64,000 bases of DNA from positions 10,362 through 74,361 of the forward strand of contig NZBG01000034.1 of the NCBI GenBank assembly GCA_002687795.1. Direction: 5' to 3'. The notes below the pieces were generated by a model. It made no database searches. It saw only the letters and a list, made by a program, of their open reading frames with translations, and was not told where the DNA came from. A program made the position numbers and the translations under genes. Shown here piece after piece: positions 57,547 to 64,000 of the stretch (within the stretch, counting starts at the first letter, position 1; each line of letters opens with the position of its first letter). The DNA comes from Candidatus Woesearchaeota archaeon (lineage in GTDB: Archaea > Nanobdellota > Nanobdellia > Woesearchaeales > GCA-2687795).

Positions 57547-58160
57547 ATAAATTTGAAAAAACACTTGAGGAACTGAAAAAGAAATTCTTCAAAATAAAAG
57601 ATATATCAATCGTTATATTATATGGCTCTGTTGCAAGAGGCAATTATTCTCTAAGACATTCAGATTTGGATTTATTTATAATTTTGAATAGGAGAGAGTC
57701 TAATGAAAAAATCGTGGGAAAAATTAATGATCAATTATTACCCCTTGGTTCTAGAAACGGAGTCAAGGTACATATTGAATACCAAGGAAGTAAAATAAAT
57801 GATGAGGACAAAACTTTGATTGAAAAAATGATTGAAGAAGGTAAAGTAATCTACTCAAATGCTTTTATGATTTTTCCAATAGATAAAATTGGTTTAGAAC
57901 AATATATTATCTATGAGTTTTCCTCAAAAGAACCTAAAATTAAAACCAGGATTTCACAGATATTCCATGGAAGAAAATCATGGTATCGCAAGGGTAAGAA
58001 GAAGATTATAAAAGAATATGAAGGCATTGCTGATGACAAGGATATAATTTTATTAGGCAAAGGGGCGGTCATGGTGGCTAAAAGTGAGCAGGAGGAGATA
58101 GTAAATATGTTTGAAAGGTTAGGAGTTGATTATAAAATAAAAAAGATTGTTTATGGTTAA
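57543..58160 (+). CDS. Minimal nucleotidyltransferase (MNT) with an extra C-terminal domain
   Basis: LYGSVARG...SDLDL and EEGKVIY, followed by about 90 further residues. Confidence 0.85.
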   Translation: MNKFEKTLEELKKKFFKIKDISIVILYGSVARGNYSLRHSDLDLFIILNRRESNEKIVGKINDQLLPLGSRNGVKVHIEYQGSKINDEDKTLIEKMIEEGKVIYSNAFMIFPIDKIGLEQYIIYEFSSKEPKIKTRISQIFHGRKSWYRKGKKKIIKEYEGIADDKDIILLGKGAVMVAKSEQEEIVNMFERLGVDYKIKKIVYG

Positions 58161-58177
58161 GAGTGCAAAAGGTTTGT

Positions 58178-58235
58178 TTAGGTCTTTGTTGTGTTTATTA
58201 GGGTTCTTACGCTGTCATTTATTGCATAGAAAGTC
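58178..58235. repeat. Direct repeat copy 2 (minus strand reads TFYAINDSVRTLINTTKT*)
   Basis: TTAGGTCTTTGTTGTGTTTATTAGGGTTCTTACGCTGTCATTTATTGCATAGAAAGTC. Confidence 0.85.
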
Positions 58236-58288
58236 TTAAGATTATTAAAACAATCCCAACGTTTATTATTTTTTCATTAAACCCCATT

Positions 58289-58819
58289 TTATATTATCCT
58301 GAACTCATTCGATTCGACTCTAACAAGAGCAGGGTTACCTTTATAATTCATATAAATATAGTCCACCTTGATTTTGTATATTCCTTTACCAGCAATTGTT
58401 TTTTTACGCGTATACATATTAGGATATATTTTTTGATCCCATATTGAAAGTAATTTTTCCTTAGATTTAATATTCTTTATAATCTCCATCTCACAATTTC
58501 CGTAAGAGAGAAAAAAATCATCCCATTCTACACCATTAAACTGAGATATAATATATACATCTCCTCCACATCCAGTTACCCCACCAAGTACCAAATCCTT
58601 GTTAAATCCATTATAAATCACAAAATAAACATATTCATTTTGACTATAAACAGTTTTATCTGTCTTTATAATCAGGTCTTTCATAGAATGATTTATTTGA
58701 AAATCCTCTACAGAGATATTATTTTCTTGTAATTCTTCACACCCACTTATAACAAAGAACAAACTAACTAATCCTATAATCAGAAACATTTTCCTCTTTT
58801 TCTCAATCATTTTCCCCAA
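58289..58819 (-). CDS. Putative lipoprotein with an Ig-like domain
   Basis: Basic N-terminus, hydrophobic stretch, ISGC lipobox, TDK.VY...E.V and WDQ...G.YKI. AT-rich; true start may be slightly downstream. Confidence 0.7.
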   Translation of the reverse strand: MGKMIEKKRKMFLIIGLVSLFFVISGCEELQENNISVEDFQINHSMKDLIIKTDKTVYSQNEYVYFVIYNGFNKDLVLGGVTGCGGDVYIISQFNGVEWDDFFLSYGNCEMEIIKNIKSKEKLLSIWDQKIYPNMYTRKKTIAGKGIYKIKVDYIYMNYKGNPALVRVESNEFRII

Positions 58820-58895
58820 AACTAATATTATGAAACTTCAATCTTTATATATTTTTATAACTTTCTGAAACCAATTATTATTTAAAACCCTAAAA

Positions 58896-60470
58896 CTAAT
58901 CAACCCTATAAACCTCAGTAGAAGTCTTATTATTACTGTAAACAAGGCTGTAGCCCCTGATTATGTCCATGAAGTCATCAGGGTAGGCTGCTGAGAAGCC
59001 CTTTTCATCAGGCCCATAGAAGTCAATCTTCTGGTTTACCCAGATATAAGAGATATTATACTCCTTAATCTTGTCTACAGAGTCAATATAGGGCCTTCCA
59101 TAGAAGCTGTATGTATACCTGTTGAAATTATATGCATAACAATCACCCCTTGGAACCAATATAACAGCATCTTTAGCTGTATTATTCTCCAGCCAGTTAA
59201 AATCCTCTTCATAAGAGCCCCATGTCCTACTTACCACAACAGCTTTAACAAGCTCAACAGCTGAGAACCCTATAATACATAACCCAATGAGCATGAACAC
59301 AGCCAGCCTGAATAAACCTTTTTTATTAGAGACAAGTTTGTTTAATCCTATTGCCCACATTATACCAAGGGGTATGAACAAAGGCATTGAATGCCTGATA
59401 TAGACAAGATCGTTCATAACCTTGTTAAAGATTGCAAAGCTGAAAAAGGAAAGGAACCAGACAATCAGCATCCAGTTTCTTTTATCCTTTAGCTTTATGC
59501 CTATCAGATAGAAAATAAAAGGAACTGTGAAGATAAAAGTGCCTAAAAACCATAGGCCAAGCAAAACATTAAGGAAAGGCAGCTTAAGGAAGGTAAGGTT
59601 CTGGGCATTGCCCGCTCCCGGAACACCATACATTGAAAGATATATCCTCCAGAGAAAGTCAGGCTTAAGAAGATTCTTTAGCTCAACATTAGCCTCTGTA
59701 AAATGGAAAAAGTTAGGGTCTATCCCCTTGTCCTGGCCTATAACCGAGTCAAGGAAAGGCCAGACAGGATTGCCTAGAACAACATAGTTCCTTGCATACC
59801 ACCATAATCCAAATATTGAAGTGGCTATAAGAAGCAATAACAGGATTCTCACAAGCTCCTTTTTATTCTTCCCAAACCTTAAAAATGCCAGGAAGAGCAG
59901 CAACGGAACAACAAACACTGCAGTATATTTTGTTGATAGAGATAAGCCGGCAAAGATCCCTGAAACAAAGGCTTTCTTTTCAAACAGATAATAAACAGAT
60001 GCAAGCACGAAAAAGCATACTGCTGCATCCTGGTAAGGTATTGCGCTCATGTAGATATGCAAAGGGATGAAAGCAACAAAGATTGTGGCAAAGAATGCAA
60101 TTCTGGAATTATACAGCTTCCTTGTAAACAGGAAAGCATATATCAATGTTAAGCTTCCGAATAGAGGGGAGACAAGGTTAACTGAAAACTCTGCTATATT
60201 TCTTCCAAAGATGCCTGAAACCTTATAGAAGAAGGCTGCAATAAGATGAAACATGGGCGGTGCCCAGAACACCGGCCTGCCTAAGGGCTCAAGTAAGGGA
60301 ACCCTGAGGTTATCGGCAATAAACCTTGACACTGAGATAACCCAGCAGGGGTCGCCTGTAACATGCACAAAAAAGGATATGGTAAACCTCAGCAGTGTGC
60401 CTATTATAATAACCAGGAAAGCCAGCCTGGTATACTTATCTAATTTCTTCCAGAAAGATTCTAGAAACAT
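58896..60470 (-). CDS. ArnT/PMT-like (GT-C) glycosyltransferase
   Basis: TM1, then GDP...APPMFH; YQD, GLSLSTKYT and WYARNY...GNP.WP. Confidence 0.82.
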   Translation of the reverse strand: MFLESFWKKLDKYTRLAFLVIIIGTLLRFTISFFVHVTGDPCWVISVSRFIADNLRVPLLEPLGRPVFWAPPMFHLIAAFFYKVSGIFGRNIAEFSVNLVSPLFGSLTLIYAFLFTRKLYNSRIAFFATIFVAFIPLHIYMSAIPYQDAAVCFFVLASVYYLFEKKAFVSGIFAGLSLSTKYTAVFVVPLLLFLAFLRFGKNKKELVRILLLLLIATSIFGLWWYARNYVVLGNPVWPFLDSVIGQDKGIDPNFFHFTEANVELKNLLKPDFLWRIYLSMYGVPGAGNAQNLTFLKLPFLNVLLGLWFLGTFIFTVPFIFYLIGIKLKDKRNWMLIVWFLSFFSFAIFNKVMNDLVYIRHSMPLFIPLGIMWAIGLNKLVSNKKGLFRLAVFMLIGLCIIGFSAVELVKAVVVSRTWGSYEEDFNWLENNTAKDAVILVPRGDCYAYNFNRYTYSFYGRPYIDSVDKIKEYNISYIWVNQKIDFYGPDEKGFSAAYPDDFMDIIRGYSLVYSNNKTSTEVYRVD

Positions 60471-60678
60471 AGAGAGGGAAAATGCTGTTTTCTTTAAATA
60501 TTTATTCTTATTTTGTTGTGGTGCGATAGCGTTTGATATGCTCTGATTTCTCTTAAATGGTGCGTTTTGTTTGATTTATAGATAGATTTAATAATTTTCA
60601 TTAACTTTGCGGTTTTGCACAAAAAAGATTTTCCCCTAAGAATAAGTTTATATATTACATTTCTTATATAATATAATT

Positions 60679-61214
60679 ATGAGAAGACTATTGATTTTGT
60701 TGATATTGATTACGGTTTTTATATTACAAAAGAAAAGTATAATGAAACTAATGATTATATACTTAATGGAACATCGTTGAAGCTAAAAGATTTGGAGCAT
60801 AAGGGCGGTGGTGCTTTTCGTGCTAACTTAATATATAGAAACACATCAAAGAAAGTTAGGTTTAGATTATATGATGGGGCGAGTTTTTTGGCTTTAGAAT
60901 TGAAAAGATGGAACGAAGATTATACAACATATATTGATTATGCTTTCATTGAAGAAGTAGATATAAATACAAGTTCTTCAGATTGGAATTTTATTAAAGT
61001 GTCTTATGGAAGATATAAGGAAGGTGGTTTATCATTTGATGCAGACCAGTATCAAGAATACATAGATAATCAAGAATTCTGTAAAAATGATAATGAATGT
61101 GTCGCTACTTGTGGATATGGTTGTGTAAATAAGTATTGGTTTCAAACAATTGGTATAGATTGTGAAGCTGTAGTTACCTTTTCCTGTAAGTGTGTTAATA
61201 ATACTTGCCGTTGA
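60679..61214 (+). pseudogene. Frameshifted secreted protein with a Cys-rich C-terminal module
   Basis: ATG 60679 gives the signal peptide MRRLLILLILITVFIL, which then stops. The frame of ORF 60777-61214 is open upstream (TKEKYNETNDYILNGTS) and ends in an eight-residue-spaced Cys-rich module (CKNDNEC...CKCVNNTCR). Confidence 0.55.
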
Positions 61215-61318
61215 AGATCTTTTCCTTCTTTCTTTTTTATTTATTCCAATTATGTTTAATACTACTCATTAACAAATTTAACCTTCTATTTCCCTCAGAA
61301 TCTCTTATTCTTAGTTTC

Positions 61319-62029
61319 TTATCCCTTCCTTCCCCAGACAACCTTGCCGAGTGAGACTTTTCCTAAGAATGTCTTCTCAAGCTCTCTGTTAAACCTGTCA
61401 AGCTTTGAGAAAGGGAATATTACCACAGGCTTTGTTTTTATATCGGAGAACCCAGCCTGCTTAAACATCTGCTTGATCTTCTTCTCATAAAAACCATAAA
61501 ACTGCTTCTCATCAGCCCAGCCATAATCCCAATTAACAGCCTTCGCAGCCTTGCTAAGCAGACTTGAGCTGTTGATAAGATTAATCATCCAGCTCCTGGG
61601 AGTGTTCAGGAAATCCCATAGCCTGTTTGTGCTGGACACAGCGCAAACCCCTCCTTTCCTTAGAACATAAAACGCTTCCTTAAAAAACCTCTCAGGATTG
61701 TCAAGGTAATATATGGTCTCCCCGGACACTATAGTATCAAAAGCCCCTTTCTTAAAAGGAAAATGTTCTGCATCAAACTGCGCTAAAGGTATCTTAAGCC
61801 TTTTTCCAATATTCTTTAACATATTAAAAGAAATATCAGAGGCAACAACCTTGCCTCTCTTAACCAGCTTTTCAGTGACAGTTCCTGTCCCAGCCCCCAC
61901 TTCAAGGATCCTTCCCTTGCCGAGCTCAGCAAATACTTCAGCCCTTCTTGAAGAGAAATAACGGTGCACTGTCCTGTCATAAAGGCCTGCTGTCTTATCA
62001 AAAGCCTGCATAACTTCTTTGTTTGACAT
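61319..62029 (-). CDS. Class I SAM-dependent methyltransferase
   Basis: ILEVGAGTG, SDIS..ML, DAEHFPF...FD and VLRKGG. Confidence 0.9.
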   Translation of the reverse strand: MSNKEVMQAFDKTAGLYDRTVHRYFSSRRAEVFAELGKGRILEVGAGTGTVTEKLVKRGKVVASDISFNMLKNIGKRLKIPLAQFDAEHFPFKKGAFDTIVSGETIYYLDNPERFFKEAFYVLRKGGVCAVSSTNRLWDFLNTPRSWMINLINSSSLLSKAAKAVNWDYGWADEKQFYGFYEKKIKQMFKQAGFSDIKTKPVVIFPFSKLDRFNRELEKTFLGKVSLGKVVWGRKG

Positions 62030-62031
62030 CT

Positions 62032-63366
62032 TTACCTGAAATAAGCTATCTTTGCCCTTGAATCTCCTATGATTTTATATTCTTTGCCCTTCTTTTTGAT
62101 ACTGCTCATGTCCCTTGACCTCCACCAGTCCGCTATCGCTGAAGGAGTTTCATTAAAAGCTCCCTTAACAGAGCTTACATGCTTCAGCAGCTTTTCATAT
62201 ACCCTTAACTTATCCATGTTGCCCGAGATATAGGTATCAGGATGCACGTCAATAACAGCAATGCCGTTAAGCCTTCTTATCCAGCTGATCTTCTGTTTCC
62301 ATACCTCAAACATTTCTGCATTGCTAAGATGCATCCCATGTATCAATGTCTGGTCCTGGGGGACTGTCAAAGGCAGCTCAACCATTTTGCCAATGAAGAA
62401 AGGGAACACCGTTGAACATCCTGATGTGCTTCTCACCAAAGGGGCTGTTTCTGTGTCAGGCACTGAACTGTCATAGCTGAAATAATCCTGGAGCACTTCA
62501 AAGAAACGCTTATTCCTCTGCAGCATAGGAGCCCTGAAACCTTTTACATCAAGCTCTTTCAGCCTTTGTGTTGAACAGGTGATTCTTTCTCTCATAGCTT
62601 TCTCGCCAAGAAAGGCCAGCTTGCCGTCATGGTTATAGGCATGGCTTATTATTTCGCAGCCTTCCTTTTTCAGCTCCTTAAGCTTTCCTATGTTAGGATT
62701 ATATTTATGAGAAACAACTGACCATGAGCTTTTTATATCATACTTTCTCTCTATCTCCCTGAAAAGCTCAATGTTTTTTATTCCATCAGCTGTTTCCACA
62801 TCATGGGTAACCGTGACTGCCATCTCTGAACCGCCAGGCCAGAAATGTATATAAGGGATCTTGCCGCAGGATTTCAAGGCAATGCTTTTCATATAAAGCC
62901 ATCTCAAATAATCAACGCTCTTATCAATGGGCCATTGGGGAAAACTTTTCTTTTTTCTTCTTCTGTGCATTAAGTGCAGCAGAAAATAAAGCCTGTTCTT
63001 AACCCAGCCGGGAACAATAAAATAAGGGAATGGCAGTTTGGCAAGCAAAGGTGTTTTCTTAGGGAAATAATCCTCATATATAACGGAGTTGACCAATCTG
63101 TCAGGATCTAAAAACCACTTCCCCTCCTCAGAAGAATAAAGGGGAACCTGCCCCTTTCTTTCCTTCAGGCTTACCTCAGCTGTCCCCTGCCCTTTGCTAT
63201 TAACCCTCGCCGGGAGAAGAATGTTACCATCCCTGACCCAGGGCGGCTTAAGCCTGGCATCTTCAATACAAAGCTCATACAACCCATAACATCCTCCGCC
63301 AGTTTTTTTCTCAACTTTGGGCGGGGAAACATGTCCGGGCAGTTTCCAGAAATTTGAAATAGACAT
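62032..63366 (-). CDS. Polysaccharide deacetylase-domain protein (paralog of 21169-22467)
   Basis: FPQWP.DKSV, THDVET, HAYNHD, GFRAP, YDSS and GC.TVFP. Confidence 0.82.
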   Translation of the reverse strand: MSISNFWKLPGHVSPPKVEKKTGGGCYGLYELCIEDARLKPPWVRDGNILLPARVNSKGQGTAEVSLKERKGQVPLYSSEEGKWFLDPDRLVNSVIYEDYFPKKTPLLAKLPFPYFIVPGWVKNRLYFLLHLMHRRRKKKSFPQWPIDKSVDYLRWLYMKSIALKSCGKIPYIHFWPGGSEMAVTVTHDVETADGIKNIELFREIERKYDIKSSWSVVSHKYNPNIGKLKELKKEGCEIISHAYNHDGKLAFLGEKAMRERITCSTQRLKELDVKGFRAPMLQRNKRFFEVLQDYFSYDSSVPDTETAPLVRSTSGCSTVFPFFIGKMVELPLTVPQDQTLIHGMHLSNAEMFEVWKQKISWIRRLNGIAVIDVHPDTYISGNMDKLRVYEKLLKHVSSVKGAFNETPSAIADWWRSRDMSSIKKKGKEYKIIGDSRAKIAYFR

Positions 63367-63421
63367 TCATACCTAAACATTATCACAAGATATATAAAAC
63401 TTTTTGAATATTCAAAGAGAA

Positions 63422-64000
63422 ATGAAAAAATTAAATGTTTCATCATTCCTGCCGGTAATAGGCATTGCAATATTCGTATATATCATATACTCAACCGGGG
63501 CAAAGAATATTCTTGATGCAGTGAAGAACATAAAGATAATATACCTCCTGGCGGTTCCTTTTTTCCTGATTTTTCTTATATTCCTAAAAGGCCTGAAATG
63601 GAAATTAATCCTTAACATGCTTGGCATAGAATATTCCCTTAAGCGCTCATGCGAAATCTGGTGCCTTGGCTTTTTCACCGGCTTGATAACTCCCGGCAGA
63701 GTGGGGGATATAATGCGCGCCTTTTATGTTAAGAAAGAAGCTAACAAAAATCTAAGCGAAGCACTGATATCAGTATTCCTTGACAGGCTGATAGACCTGC
63801 TAACCCTGCTGGTATTATTTGTTATCAGCCTTGTTGCGTTTTCGGTTATTTTCAGAACTGATTTTTCTTATATTATAATAGCCTCAATTCTTTTCATTGT
63901 GATTATTCTGGCTGGGCTGTTTCTTATTAAGAAAAACTTTGTAAGAAGGTTTGTCTCATACATGGTCAGCTTTTTTGTGCCTAAGAATTACAGCAAAAGC
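63422..64000 (+). CDS. UPF0104/LPG-synthase-TM flippase-like protein (truncated by the window end)
   Basis: Hand translation MKKLNVSSFLPVIGIAIF...KGLKW...ITPGRVGDIMRAFY...DRLID. No stop before 64000. Confidence 0.8.
   Translation, partial: MKKLNVSSFLPVIGIAIFVYIIYSTGAKNILDAVKNIKIIYLLAVPFFLIFLIFLKGLKWKLILNMLGIEYSLKRSCEIWCLGFFTGLITPGRVGDIMRAFYVKKEANKNLSEALISVFLDRLIDLLTLLVLFVISLVAFSVIFRTDFSYIIIASILFIVIILAGLFLIKKNFVRRFVSYMVSFFVPKNYSKS

Noticed and set aside
56705-58235. CRISPR array or DGR template/variable repeat pair
   Set aside because: Only two copies 1.47 kb apart. The mismatches are not confined to adenines and follow codon structure, and there are no cas or reverse transcriptase genes.

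Overview
This window is a large archaeal cell-surface glycosylation locus. It is most likely from a DPANN (Woesearchaeota-like) genome, inferred from AglB, GGTG/GGAGG ribosome-binding motifs and the style of the surface proteins. It opens with a RelE-type toxin-antitoxin pair, the oligosaccharyltransferase AglB, a GT9 and two surface-protein genes, one carrying about 75 N-glycosylation sequons. About 50 kb of glycan genes follow: six GT-C-type membrane proteins, GT2s, Wzx/GtrA/UPF0104 flippase-like proteins, a WbpB/D/E-type diacetamido-sugar module, seven radical SAM enzymes (four B12-binding), two deacetylases, a polyprenyl-phosphate phosphoribosyltransferase and a CDP-alcohol phosphotransferase. 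The best candidate for an undescribed system is the seven-gene operon at 50117-56543. It encodes an RHH regulator with a sulfatase-like 'LRSLGY' tail, a non-canonical sulfatase-fold protein, an NPP-type phosphodiesterase, two tandem COG1665-like nucleotidyltransferases (one with a degraded catalytic motif), a variant HIT protein and a PHP phosphatase. Features absent from the ORF track include a 114-bp ISH3-like MITE, a branched palindromic element, an IS200/IS605-like end relic, orphan gene 3' ends forming a direct repeat around a HEPN-MNT module, a probable ATA-start gene, a 47-aa membrane protein and a frameshifted secreted-protein gene. I saw no rRNA, tRNA or CRISPR array. All family calls come from motif recognition by eye, not database searches.
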